Shown: positions 8,931-18,340, numbered from the stretch's first letter. The stretch is DNA of 31,548 nt from an uncultured Candidatus Saccharibacteria bacterium (GCA_964403005.1 CAYOEB010000002.1:8423-39970), one strand, 5' to 3'. Notes: generated by a model from the letters alone, not told the origin. A program made the numbers and translations.

Positions 8931-9941
8931 TTATTTCAAATATTTAGCGATATTGGCCTGGTGCTCTCCATACGTCTTGGCATAGTGTGGAGTACCGCTA
9001 CGATCATGAATGTAGAAGAGGTAGTTACTCTTGGTTGGGCGAAGCGCAGCAAGAATGGCTTTTATTCCGGGATTGCCAATAGGGCCTGGTGGCAAACCTT
9101 TATTTTTGTAAGTGTTATACGGAGATTCATCCTTCTTTATGTCCTCAGTTGTGAGATTATTTCGGTCTCGCTTCTCCAATGTATACAAATATGTGGCATC
9201 AACTTGGAGCGCCATACCTTTATTAATGCGGTTCCACAAAATACCCGAAATCATACGCAAGTCGTCATCTTTACCGTTTGATTCTTTTTCTAGGATTGAA
9301 GCCATGGTGACGACATCTTTTTCGCTATGACCAGATTTCGCAATATCTTCCAGGTAGGGCTCAATACGCGTATTGAATTCATTACGCAGTGTGAGAATAA
9401 TTTTGTCCGGTGTCGCAGTTTCGAAGAAGTAGTAGGTTTCTGGGAAAAGGTGGCCTTCGTATTCCATTCCCTGTTCTATGAAATCACTTTTATTGAGGAG
9501 CGGCATTGCGTCACCAAGAATTTTTGCCATCTCCATCGAACTCGCTCCTTCGGGTAAGGTAATTTTGACACGATCAATACCATAGCGACCAAATGAAAGC
9601 TTATCTGCAATCGCAATGACCGACTGAGGATCATCAAAGATATAGAAGCCAGCGCGAATACCTTTGTCACCAGAAAGAATAATGACAAGCGTTTGGAAAA
9701 CGACTGCTGAACGCACAACGTGCATTTCCTCGAGCATTTGTCCGGCCTTGATTACGCTTGTCCCTTCGGGAATTTCAATGAGCTGACCTTTTGGAAAGTC
9801 TTGTGGCGCGCGCGAGAAAAAGAGAATTGCCCCGCCAGCAAGAAGTAACAAAATGAGGAGCGTTAAGAAAAAACGAAAAAGTCGCTTACTAAAACGAATT
9901 TTTCGAGCTTCTTGTTCAAAAATTGGAGCTGCGAGTGGCAT
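8931..9941 (-). CDS. mltG: Endolytic transglycosylase MltG (YceG)
   Basis: N-terminal TM, EGHLFPETYYF, MASILEKE (catalytic Glu), LQVDAT, SPYNTYKNKGLPPGPIGNPG, YLFY. Confidence 0.93.
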   Translation of the reverse strand: MPLAAPIFEQEARKIRFSKRLFRFFLTLLILLLLAGGAILFFSRAPQDFPKGQLIEIPEGTSVIKAGQMLEEMHVVRSAVVFQTLVIILSGDKGIRAGFYIFDDPQSVIAIADKLSFGRYGIDRVKITLPEGASSMEMAKILGDAMPLLNKSDFIEQGMEYEGHLFPETYYFFETATPDKIILTLRNEFNTRIEPYLEDIAKSGHSEKDVVTMASILEKESNGKDDDLRMISGILWNRINKGMALQVDATYLYTLEKRDRNNLTTEDIKKDESPYNTYKNKGLPPGPIGNPGIKAILAALRPTKSNYLFYIHDRSGTPHYAKTYGEHQANIAKYLK

Positions 9942-9959
9942 AACAATTATAGTAGCACG

Positions 9960-11219
9960 TTACATTGGCAAATTTGAAGGCGGCTCTGATTTCTTTGATT
10001 CAATACGCTTGAATGTTGGTGTTTCCTGAGCTCTTCCTGGGAAGTGGAATATCGTTGCGAGTTCTTCGGTTGTGAGTACAAACGGTTTGCGTTCAACTTT
10101 ATTGCCAGCAACTCTATCTGAACTACCAGGACCATGAAAGTAGCCACGAGCTCGGTATGCCTCAAGCATTTCAGCTTTGAGTTTTGCGGCCCGATTTCCT
10201 GAGAAATCCTGCCATGGATAGTCAAATGACGTGGTATTCACAGGTTTGAAACCATTCATATTCCCAGAATTAAATTGCCTAAACAATCCAAGGAGACCAG
10301 TAATGTGAATTGCCTTGAACATGTCTTTGTGCGCCAAATAAATTGCGCGAATACCGCTATCAAAACCATACTTTGTTATGCTACGTTCAATTGCCGCAAT
10401 AATATCCTGCTCGCCCTTGGTTGGTCGCGAAGGAGATGTTGTGCCTTCAAGTGGTTTTTGTTGATCTACTTTAAGTTTCTTGATAATTTCCTTACCGACA
10501 TCCTGCCATTTTCTTTTTTTATACCAATGTTCAGGATCGTTGTAGCGAGGCCAGTGTGCTGCCTGGACAATAATCTGCAGCCACATTTGCTCACCCACGC
10601 CAAGCGAGCCCATATACTCAATAGTCGGTGCAATTGGGTCAATTTTTTCTTCTTCTTCAACACCACTCGTTCGATCAAGCCCAAAATCAACATATGTCTT
10701 AATTGGATATGGATCATCTTTAGTTAGCACGAATTCAGAGCCAAACAAGTTCCAGTCAGCACTTTTGTTGTATGGAGGAATCATGTCCGTATAATCTTCA
10801 CTCTCCACAACCTCCACACCAGGAAATTGTGCATAAAGTTGGGCTTCAATTAGCGGGCGGAACCTTTCCTGTGCATAAATAAAGAAGTAGAGACGACCTT
10901 CGATTGAGACAATCTCGAGCGAAAACCATACAGGTACATTACCGAACCAATATTTTTTATGCCACTCTGCCATACCACCACTTTGATAGAGTGCATTCGA
11001 TAAAAATATTTCCATAGCCGCAGGAGATTTAAAAATGTCTTGTGGAATGCGAATGTGGAGCAATTTCCACTTGAGCCCACGAATGTGCTGCGTGCGAATG
11101 TAGCCAAGCCAGCTTTTCCAGGCAATACCTGCTAAAACAATCGGAAGGAGGTATGGCAAAATCGCACCGAGTGTTGTAAATCCATCTCCTAGCGCGCCAT
11201 TGATAAGATCAGTGAGCAT
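9960..11219 (-). CDS. Conserved CPR-type hypothetical protein with N-terminal membrane anchor
   Basis: 419-aa ORF with TM at about aa 17-40 and motifs WFSLEI, FFIY, EAQLYAQFPGVEV, EDY, EQMWLQI, LTTEELATIFHFP. Family resemblance is recalled, not computed. Confidence 0.7.
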   Translation of the reverse strand: MLTDLINGALGDGFTTLGAILPYLLPIVLAGIAWKSWLGYIRTQHIRGLKWKLLHIRIPQDIFKSPAAMEIFLSNALYQSGGMAEWHKKYWFGNVPVWFSLEIVSIEGRLYFFIYAQERFRPLIEAQLYAQFPGVEVVESEDYTDMIPPYNKSADWNLFGSEFVLTKDDPYPIKTYVDFGLDRTSGVEEEEKIDPIAPTIEYMGSLGVGEQMWLQIIVQAAHWPRYNDPEHWYKKRKWQDVGKEIIKKLKVDQQKPLEGTTSPSRPTKGEQDIIAAIERSITKYGFDSGIRAIYLAHKDMFKAIHITGLLGLFRQFNSGNMNGFKPVNTTSFDYPWQDFSGNRAAKLKAEMLEAYRARGYFHGPGSSDRVAGNKVERKPFVLTTEELATIFHFPGRAQETPTFKRIESKKSEPPSNLPM

Positions 11220-11284
11220 AGTATGGAAGAATTATACCATTAGTACATAAAATAAAAACACCCTACTGGGTGTTTTTATTTGCT

Positions 11285-12313
11285 TTAGGCAATCGTGTAG
11301 AGGCCTTGCTTGTTCTTCTTGAAATACTTTGCGTTCTGAAGGTTGACGAGGATGGTGTTTTTCTTGAGAAAACGTTCTTTGAGGACTTTATCAACGATAT
11401 CTTCTTTGCTCATTGGACCATTTTTCTTAAGAATTTCTTTAATGACATCCTTGACAACACCTGGCTTGTAACCCCATTCTGAGAGACCATATGTACCACG
11501 ACCAACGAGGACAAAACGAGCATCCTTGATGAGTTCATTGTGTGTCGTTGCAATGTGCGTCTTCTTACCAAATGTTTTTTCAATCTCTTTAGCAACTTCG
11601 CGGAAGTGCATCGGGTTACCGTGCTTACGCATGATGAGGTACGCATAGTCTTTGATACCGCGAGTCTTTACGTTTGGTGACTCAGCAACACCCCACTCAT
11701 TGAGCGGATTAGACTTGATGGCCTTTGACATACCGAGCCAGCGGCGTGCAATTTCTTCATTGCGGTAGTCATTGCTGATATTTTTGAGTTCTTCAAGGAA
11801 ACGAGTGATGATTTCTGATTCTGGAACGAGCTCATCGTTTGCTAGTGACGAATAGAGTTTTTTGAGTGCACCGTGAACTTCGTTTGAAATAGCTTCGTCA
11901 ATTGTCCAGCGAGCGTGGAACTCATCATCTTCAGCATGCTTTCTAAATTCATCACCGAGAACGAGATAAAAGTGGAAGTGGTTCTTGGTTTCTTCATCCT
12001 TTGCAAGAGTTGAAAGGAGCTCGTCTTCAGCAACAACAGAGCCAAGTGAGAGGAGAGCTTTTTTAAGCTCTTCAAAAGCTTCTTTTTCAGCAGCGTAGAC
12101 ATCTGACTTTCGAATTGTTGCAAGCGCAGCATTTTCGATCTGACGGACACGTTCACGGGTAATACCATACTTCTTACCAATAGCTTCGAGTGTCTTTCGT
12201 TCAGCGTCAGGGGTAAGACCAAAACGAGAAACAACCACGTCATGCGCGCGGTCTTGGAGGACTGAGAGAATCTTTTTGCTCACCTGTTTTGGTTTAATGT
12301 TTACGGTTGCCAT
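11285..12313 (-). CDS. Sigma70 region-4 HTH plus C-terminal HARE-HTH (RNAP delta N-terminal-like) protein
   Basis: SRFGL...KTLEAIGKKYGITRERVRQIE (sigma 4.2); AYLIMRKHGNPMHFREV...THNEL...FVLVGRGTYGLSEW (HARE-HTH); a second winged-HTH-like block at the C-terminus. Confidence 0.82.
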   Translation of the reverse strand: MATVNIKPKQVSKKILSVLQDRAHDVVVSRFGLTPDAERKTLEAIGKKYGITRERVRQIENAALATIRKSDVYAAEKEAFEELKKALLSLGSVVAEDELLSTLAKDEETKNHFHFYLVLGDEFRKHAEDDEFHARWTIDEAISNEVHGALKKLYSSLANDELVPESEIITRFLEELKNISNDYRNEEIARRWLGMSKAIKSNPLNEWGVAESPNVKTRGIKDYAYLIMRKHGNPMHFREVAKEIEKTFGKKTHIATTHNELIKDARFVLVGRGTYGLSEWGYKPGVVKDVIKEILKKNGPMSKEDIVDKVLKERFLKKNTILVNLQNAKYFKKNKQGLYTIA

Positions 12314-12410
12314 AGATTAAATATTATTGATTAATTTGTTTTGCACACCCAATATATCATTCTTATAAATAAAGTCAACAACCCCTTGACTTGTGGTCTA
12401 ATGGGTGTTT

Positions 12411-14255
12411 TTACCCCCTACCACGCAGCGCTCGGGTTCGATCAAGCTCAGTCAAATACTTCTTGCGGAGGCGAACTGACTTTGGGGTAATTTCCAAGTA
12501 TTCATCATCTGCCATGACTTCCAAGCCACGCTCAATGCTCAAAATAAAGGCTGGTTTAAGGACAATTGCTTCATCCGAGCCAGAGGCACGCATGTTGGTG
12601 AGCTGCTTACCCTTGATTGGGTTTACTGACATTTCCTCACCCTTTGTGACGTTTCCAACCACCATACCTTCGTAGACATCGGCACCGTGCTCAATATAGA
12701 GTACGCCACGCTCCTGGAGATTGCCGAGGGCAAAGGCCACAGCTTTACCTGAAATCATAGACGTCATTGAGCCGACTTCGCGCTGCTTGATTTCGCCGGC
12801 ATATGGCTTAAAGCCGATAACACGAGACGACATAATGCCCTCGCCTTTTGTATCGACGACAAACTGATTTCGGTAGCCAAGGAGGCCGCGAGTTGGAATT
12901 TCAAATGAGAGGCGGGTAATACCATGCTTTTCTTCCATGTGGGTCATCAAGCCTCGTCGGCGTGTGATTTTTTCAACAACAGCGCCAGATGAAACTGTCG
13001 GTACATCAATAATCAGTTCTTCAAATGGCTCAGTTTTTTCACCATTATTTTCATGAAAAATAACTCGAGGCTGTGAGACCTGAAGTTCATAGCCTTCGCG
13101 GCGCATATTCTCAAGAAGAACAGCGATGTGGAGCTCACCACGACCGTACACCTTGTAGCTCGCTGGGCCACCGAGCCCCTGACTTGCTGCATTGGCTTCA
13201 GTATTATCAAAATCAACGCGGAGACCGACATTGACTTCAAGCTCCTTTTCGAGACGCTCGCGAATTTGCCGACCAGTAACAAATTTACCTTCACGTCCAG
13301 CAAATGGAGAGTCATTCACCAAGAAGTCGAGGGAAATAGTTGGCTCATCGATTGCAATAGCTGGAAGTGGTGCAGCATTTTCGTCGAGTGTAATTGTTTC
13401 ACCAATGTAAATGTCAGGAATACCCGCGATGATTGCAATGTCACCTGCACTTATATTTTGCACATCCTTACGAGCAATTCCTTCAAATGAAAAGAGTTTT
13501 GTAATCTTGGCCTTACGTGTCTCACCACTGGCCTTCTTCACAAATATAGTGTCGTTATTGTTTACTTTCCCACCATACACACGGACAATAGCGAGACGAC
13601 CAAGAAAGTTGTCATAGCCAAGGTTAAATACCTGAGAAATAAATGGTGAATTGCTGTGCTCACCATTGAGAAATGAGGCCACAGGAACTTCTTCCAAAAT
13701 AAGATCGAGAAGCGGTTCAAGATTTTTGCGTTCGTCATTGATATTGCGCATAGCCACACCTTCACGACCAATCGCGTAAATAGTTTTAAAATTGATCTGC
13801 GCATCAGTCGCGCCAAGTTCAATAAAGAGCTCGAGCACTTCATCATGAACGCGATTTGCGTCAGCGGCTGGCTTATCAATTTTATTAATAACAACAATCG
13901 GAATGAGACCAAGCTCAAGTGACTTTTTGAGAACAAATCGAGTTTGTGGCATTGGGCCTTCCTGTGCATCAACGAGAAGAAGCACTGAGTCAATTGCACG
14001 GAGCACTCGCTCAACTTCTGATCCAAAGTCAGCGTGACCAGGTGTATCAACGATATTTATTTTTGTACCTTTGTAAGAAACTGATGTATTTTTTGAGTAG
14101 ATAGTAATGCCTCGTTCTTGTTCGAGTGCGTTTGAGTCCATGGTGACACCTTCGCCGACCATGCCACATTCGCGCATGAGTGCATCGGTGAGCGTCGTTT
14201 TACCGTGGTCAACGTGAGCGATAATCGCAATATTCCTGATTTCTGTTGGTTGCAT
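12411..14255 (-). CDS. typA: Ribosome-associated GTPase TypA/BipA
   Basis: [76 protein letters not shown]. Start is probably ATG 14255. Confidence 0.97.
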   Translation of the reverse strand: MQPTEIRNIAIIAHVDHGKTTLTDALMRECGMVGEGVTMDSNALEQERGITIYSKNTSVSYKGTKINIVDTPGHADFGSEVERVLRAIDSVLLLVDAQEGPMPQTRFVLKKSLELGLIPIVVINKIDKPAADANRVHDEVLELFIELGATDAQINFKTIYAIGREGVAMRNINDERKNLEPLLDLILEEVPVASFLNGEHSNSPFISQVFNLGYDNFLGRLAIVRVYGGKVNNNDTIFVKKASGETRKAKITKLFSFEGIARKDVQNISAGDIAIIAGIPDIYIGETITLDENAAPLPAIAIDEPTISLDFLVNDSPFAGREGKFVTGRQIRERLEKELEVNVGLRVDFDNTEANAASQGLGGPASYKVYGRGELHIAVLLENMRREGYELQVSQPRVIFHENNGEKTEPFEELIIDVPTVSSGAVVEKITRRRGLMTHMEEKHGITRLSFEIPTRGLLGYRNQFVVDTKGEGIMSSRVIGFKPYAGEIKQREVGSMTSMISGKAVAFALGNLQERGVLYIEHGADVYEGMVVGNVTKGEEMSVNPIKGKQLTNMRASGSDEAIVLKPAFILSIERGLEVMADDEYLEITPKSVRLRKKYLTELDRTRALRGRG

Positions 14256-14299
14256 GAGTGCTGATAGTACCATCAATTTTGCTTTTTTACAATAGTAGG

Positions 14300-14328
14300 T
14301 TGACGCCAGAACAAAGGCTGAGTATAAA
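14300..14328 (+). promoter_or_regulatory. sigma70-type promoter for 14356..14730
   Basis: TTGACG (14300-14305) - 17 nt - TATAAA (14323-14328). Confidence 0.55.
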
Positions 14329-14355
14329 TGCTACAACTCTCATTAAAACAGAAAC

Positions 14356-14730
14356 ATGGAAACAAAAGCTGATTATAGTCACAAGGTTGAAGTAATTGAA
14401 CGATACCTCAAAGAAAATGTTCATGTGGACTTCCACCCTGCCCACTTAAGCAAGAGATACGCAGTAAAACATAGACTCCTTGCCGTATACGAGTGCACTT
14501 ACAATGGACATGCCATCGAAGTAAGAATCGGAAGTGAAGCCCACATTTCAATTGTCCTAAATGACATGAAAACGGAGGATACATTTACTATCAAATTGTA
14601 TGATGGAACAGATGAAGACAATCATCGCTGGATTACATTTGACACACTGAGAAGAAATGTGGACGATCTCAGAGATTTTTTATACTCAGGAATTGTAAAC
14701 GACGATCACTACTATAAATATCAATCGTAG
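14356..14730 (+). CDS. Hypothetical protein (124 aa)
   Basis: Only ORF filling the typA-rseP gap; bracketed by a predicted promoter and terminator; no recognised motif. Confidence 0.7.
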   Translation: METKADYSHKVEVIERYLKENVHVDFHPAHLSKRYAVKHRLLAVYECTYNGHAIEVRIGSEAHISIVLNDMKTEDTFTIKLYDGTDEDNHRWITFDTLRRNVDDLRDFLYSGIVNDDHYYKYQS

Positions 14731-14745
14731 TAGCAACATCAATAC

Positions 14746-14780
14746 AAAAGCGCACCTTGGCAAGTGCGCTTTTATTTTTT
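14746..14780. terminator. Bidirectional intrinsic terminator between 14356..14730 and rseP
   Basis: AAAAGCGCAC (14746-14755) / GTGCGCTTTT (14764-14773), followed by a T-rich run. Confidence 0.8.
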
Positions 14781-14793
14781 ATTTACCAAAGCA

Positions 14794-15894
14794 TTAGAAT
14801 AACTTTACAATATCTTTATACGTCACAAAAAGCATGAGGAGAATGAGGAGACCAAATCCGATCGTGTTTACCCAGCCCACCACTTTTTCATTTAGTTTTT
14901 TGCGAGTTATTGCTTCGATACCAAGGAAAAGTAAGCGTCCACCATCAAGCGCTGGAAATGGAATGAGATTGAGCACAGCAAGGTTTGCAGAAATAATCGC
15001 AACAAAAGTAATGAGGTACACCCAACCAAGCTTGAGTGCTTGTGCTGCAAGTCCCGCAATACCTACTGGACCAGTCACATCATCACCGGAAACACCGGTG
15101 GAGGCTGCACCAAATAGGCTACCAATAAATTTAACAAAAAATACGAAAATATTCGCGACCATTCGTCCCGCAGTTGCAAAACCTTCTTTCACGGCCTTAA
15201 AGAAAGGTAAACGAATTTCACCAGTAAAATCGAGTGTCACACCAATACCGGCCCTTCCTTGTGCCGCAAGATTCTCTTTTGGCGTAATTGTAGTCGTGTG
15301 TAGGGCTTTGCCATCTTCTGTGTAGCCAACAACAACAGGCGTTCCAACATGTGCGCTGATGTAAGATTGCGTTGTTGAAATAGTTGAGGCAGGTAGCTCG
15401 TCTCCATCAAGCGATACAAGGCGTACACCAGCTGGCAGCCCAGCAAGTTGTGCAGGAGAATCTTTTTGTACCGAGCTAATGATGACGTGACGGTTTGTTG
15501 CTGTCGTATTATTTTGATCAATTGAAACCGGCAAGCCTGACATAAAACCAATTGAAAACAGCACACCTGCGAGCAGGAAGTTCATAAAGACACCGGCAAC
15601 TAGAATGAGCGCCTGTTGGTAACGAGGCTTGTGATTCATGTTGCGAGTTTGATCCTCGTCGAGACGTTGTGCGTCGTCAGGATTTTCACCGAGTAGTTTA
15701 ACGAACCCACCAAACGGAATCCAGTTGAGTGTAAAAAGTGTCTCACCGCGTTTAAAAAGTTTTTTTGCACGCGGTGGAAAGCCAAAACCAAATTCCTCGA
15801 CTTTAACGCCGAAGATTTTTGCGGTGATGTAGTGACCATACTCGTGCACTACCACGACGACACCCAATATAATAATGAGGAGGAGGAAGCCCAT
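14794..15894 (-). CDS. rseP: Site-2 intramembrane zinc metalloprotease RseP
   Basis: VVVHEYGH, FGFGFPP, LNWIPFGGFV, AGVFMN, a PDZ-like block (SPAQLAGL), TGPVGI, NLIPFPALDGG. Confidence 0.93.
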   Translation of the reverse strand: MGFLLLIIILGVVVVVHEYGHYITAKIFGVKVEEFGFGFPPRAKKLFKRGETLFTLNWIPFGGFVKLLGENPDDAQRLDEDQTRNMNHKPRYQQALILVAGVFMNFLLAGVLFSIGFMSGLPVSIDQNNTTATNRHVIISSVQKDSPAQLAGLPAGVRLVSLDGDELPASTISTTQSYISAHVGTPVVVGYTEDGKALHTTTITPKENLAAQGRAGIGVTLDFTGEIRLPFFKAVKEGFATAGRMVANIFVFFVKFIGSLFGAASTGVSGDDVTGPVGIAGLAAQALKLGWVYLITFVAIISANLAVLNLIPFPALDGGRLLFLGIEAITRKKLNEKVVGWVNTIGFGLLILLMLFVTYKDIVKLF

Positions 15895-15895
15895 A

Positions 15896-16450
15896 CTAGC
15901 CTTCTAAGACTTCCTTTTCCTTCTTTTCATACAGCGTTTCTAGCGCTTTGTTTGCAGCATCAACCTTTTTCTGCAATTCATCTTTGGCACGGAACTTATC
16001 ATCTTCGCTCATTTTACCATCACGCTCTTTGGCCTGAATATCGTCCCAGACTGTCTCGCGAACTTTACGGACGGCAATACGCGCTTCTTCAAGGCGTTCT
16101 TTGAGCGTTTTGACATGACGCTGACGAGATTCAGTTGTGAGCTGAGGAAAAATGACTCGGAGTCCAGAATCATCACTCGCAAGAGAGAGTCCAAGATTTG
16201 CGGCCTGTATAGCTCGTTCAATTTCTTTTACCAATGTTCTGTCCCATGGCGTCACACGGAGTGTTTTTGGATCTTCAATAGAAACCGAAGCCACATTTTT
16301 GATTGGCATGCGAGAGCCGTAGCTTTCAACTTGAACCATATCAAGTACAAGCGGGCTTGCGCGACCAGTATTGAGCGACGCAAATTCACGAGAGAGTCGT
16401 TCCTCAACTGCTTTAGTATCTTTTTCAAAATCGGTAAATTGGTATGCCAT
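15896..16450 (-). CDS. frr: Ribosome recycling factor
   Basis: LNTGRASP, VESYGS, LRVTPWD, IERAIQAANLGL, PQLTTESR, ARIAVRKVR, KDELQK. Start is probably ATG 16450. Confidence 0.97.
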   Translation of the reverse strand: MAYQFTDFEKDTKAVEERLSREFASLNTGRASPLVLDMVQVESYGSRMPIKNVASVSIEDPKTLRVTPWDRTLVKEIERAIQAANLGLSLASDDSGLRVIFPQLTTESRQRHVKTLKERLEEARIAVRKVRETVWDDIQAKERDGKMSEDDKFRAKDELQKKVDAANKALETLYEKKEKEVLEG

Positions 16451-16488
16451 ATAGAAAAAAGTATAGCAAATGGGGCTTTTTTCGTTTA

Positions 16489-16518
16489 TTGACAAGACTC
16501 TATTTATAGTGTAGAAAT
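16489..16518 (+). promoter_or_regulatory. sigma70-type promoter for 16538..17569
   Basis: TTGACA (16489-16494) - 17 nt - TAGAAA(T). Confidence 0.5.
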
Positions 16519-16537
16519 TGCTTAAACGAACCTCACA

Positions 16538-17569
16538 ATGAAAAAAACGACACCACAGACTAAACGCCGAACTGTCGGCACTGTATCCATAGATACATTA
16601 AAACGGATCTTTGGATTTAAGGAAAATCGAACTGCGTATGCCTTTCTAAAAAAGGCGAATATTACTATAGGGAGAGACAAGTATATGAGCATGGTTGATG
16701 TTGCTGCAATTCTCAAGTATATGAAAGTAAAAGAGCTGCCTGAGAGATTTCTTCACATTGACGAAGCGGCAAAGTTACTTGGAACAACCGAGAAAAAACT
16801 GACACTCATTATGAGAAGCGGTGTTGTCCCCTTCTATAAAACAAATGCAGAGCGTGGCTCGAAATATTTCTTCGTTAAAGAAGAACTTGAGCAGTTCAAG
16901 GTGAATGCGGCGTTGCATAGTATTGATCTCTCTATACCAAATGGCTACATGCGTCACATGTACAAGCTCGAACAGTATGACAGTATCTTTGGCAGTGTCC
17001 TCCGCTACCTTGAAGCCTCAGAGAAACTTTTCTCAAAAAAAGAACTCCGCATCATCAGATCGATTTGGATAGAGGGGAAAAGTAATGCTGCGATTGAACC
17101 TGAAATTGGAATCGCTCGTGGCCAAATTGCCATAATCTATAAGCAGGCAATGCAGAAGCTTCGTGATAAAATCGGAGAACTGTGGCAAGCGTTTGATGAA
17201 CGCGACGCACTTCTAAACGAGGCCGCAATACTAAAAGCGAAACTCAAACAAAGAGATGCGAGAATTGAAGAGCTTACGTTACGTCTTGGTAGTGCTTCGC
17301 TTGCTGAGACCAAGGAACCTGTTCCTGAAAATGTAGCTGAGATACAAATGCTCCTCGTAACACCTGTTAGTAAACTACCGTTTTCAAACAGAGCCATCAA
17401 ATGCTTTATCGGTAATGGTATTAGCCAGCTTGGAGATCTCGTCAGTTTAACTGAAAATGATCTTCGGAAACTTAGGAACCTTGGCGATAAGACTTTAACT
17501 GAAATCACAGATATTGTGCGTCAGAAAAATCTTAACCTTGGCATGAAAGTCGGTGCGTACTTTAAGTAA
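16538..17569 (+). CDS. Multidomain DNA-binding protein: excisionase-like HTH, sigma4-like HTH, coiled coil, RNA polymerase alpha C-terminal domain
   Basis: aa 71-120 FLHIDEAAKLLG...GVVPFYK...KYFF; aa 164-210 FSKKELRII...GKSNAAI...IGI..QIAIIYKQAMQKLR; aa 216-250 heptad-like; aa 272-337 LPFSNRAIKC...GDLVSLTENDL..RNLGDKTLTEI..NLNLGM. Confidence 0.8.
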   Translation: MKKTTPQTKRRTVGTVSIDTLKRIFGFKENRTAYAFLKKANITIGRDKYMSMVDVAAILKYMKVKELPERFLHIDEAAKLLGTTEKKLTLIMRSGVVPFYKTNAERGSKYFFVKEELEQFKVNAALHSIDLSIPNGYMRHMYKLEQYDSIFGSVLRYLEASEKLFSKKELRIIRSIWIEGKSNAAIEPEIGIARGQIAIIYKQAMQKLRDKIGELWQAFDERDALLNEAAILKAKLKQRDARIEELTLRLGSASLAETKEPVPENVAEIQMLLVTPVSKLPFSNRAIKCFIGNGISQLGDLVSLTENDLRKLRNLGDKTLTEITDIVRQKNLNLGMKVGAYFK

Positions 17570-17573
17570 GCAC

Positions 17574-17600
17574 AAAAGGAGCAGACAGCTCCTTTTTTTA
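17574..17600. terminator. Intrinsic terminator between 16538..17569 and holB
   Basis: AAAAGGAGC (17574-17582) / GCTCCTTTT (17588-17596), plus T-run. Confidence 0.8.
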
Positions 17601-17634
17601 TTTGTCTAACAATCGAACATCAATAAAACGAGTT

Positions 17635-18303
17635 CTAGATTTGCATTGCCATGGCTTCAAGTAATTGCTTCGGTGACGAACCACGGTCATTTATATACTT
17701 CCGCAATTCCATAATTCGTTCAAGTTTTTCAGCATCAGCATTTCCTTTTTTTAAATACAGCTCGTTTTGCAATTGATTGATGACAATATCAAATAGCTGA
17801 TGCGCTGCATCACGAAATGCATTTTGATCATCCTTATTTTTAGAAAGTTTTTCAATGTGCGCAAAACGTTCCTTGAGCGACATGGTGAGAAAGTTTGGCT
17901 GCGAGTTTTTTTTAGATTCGTGAGTAAGCCCACGCGCGACCATAATCGCACGTGAACGAAGTGTTGGCAGGAGTAACTCAGGATTTTCAACAAAAAGCAG
18001 GTAGTGCACGCCAGCTCGAGGCTCTTCAAATGTTTTGAGAAGTGCATGCTGCGCTTCGGGAGTAAGATTTCTCGCAACAATTGCGATAAATGTCTCACCT
18101 TCTGTTTGGAGTGAAGCGAGTTCGGAAACCGTTCGACTGTCTTATATGCCAAATTGCTCAACATCGTAGAGGAGCGCACGTTCATGTGCACCAAATTTCT
18201 TTCCTTGTTTCTCCTCAAAAAAAACGAGTACTCCAGGAGCCGCACTCCTATCAAAAATGTATGCGTGGGCAATTGATGATGAAAAAAGATCTGAGAGTTG
18301 CAT
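17635..18303 (-). pseudogene. holB: DNA polymerase III delta-prime (HolB)-like gene interrupted by an in-frame TAA at codon 54
   Basis: Hand translation from ATG 18303: MQLSDLFSSSIAHAYIF...VEQFGI*DSRTV...EAQHALLKTFEEP...LLLPTLRSR. The stop lies at 18144-18142. AQxALLKxxEEP and LPTLRSR are clamp-loader motifs. Confidence 0.8.
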
Positions 18304-18340
18304 GTAGTAATCTTATTTGAGTAAAAGATTTTTCGCTATT

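Noticed and set aside
18142-18144. Stop-codon reassignment as an explanation for the holB TAA
   Set aside because: TAA ends many intact genes in the window (alaS, ftsA, murB, trxB, rpsU), and no other gene needs readthrough.
17751-18272. 173-aa ORF overlapping holB and an A8 run (18217-18224), suggesting programmed frameshifting
   Set aside because: HolB-like sequence lies in one frame on both sides of the run; the interruption is a point stop, and this ORF has no recognisable motifs.
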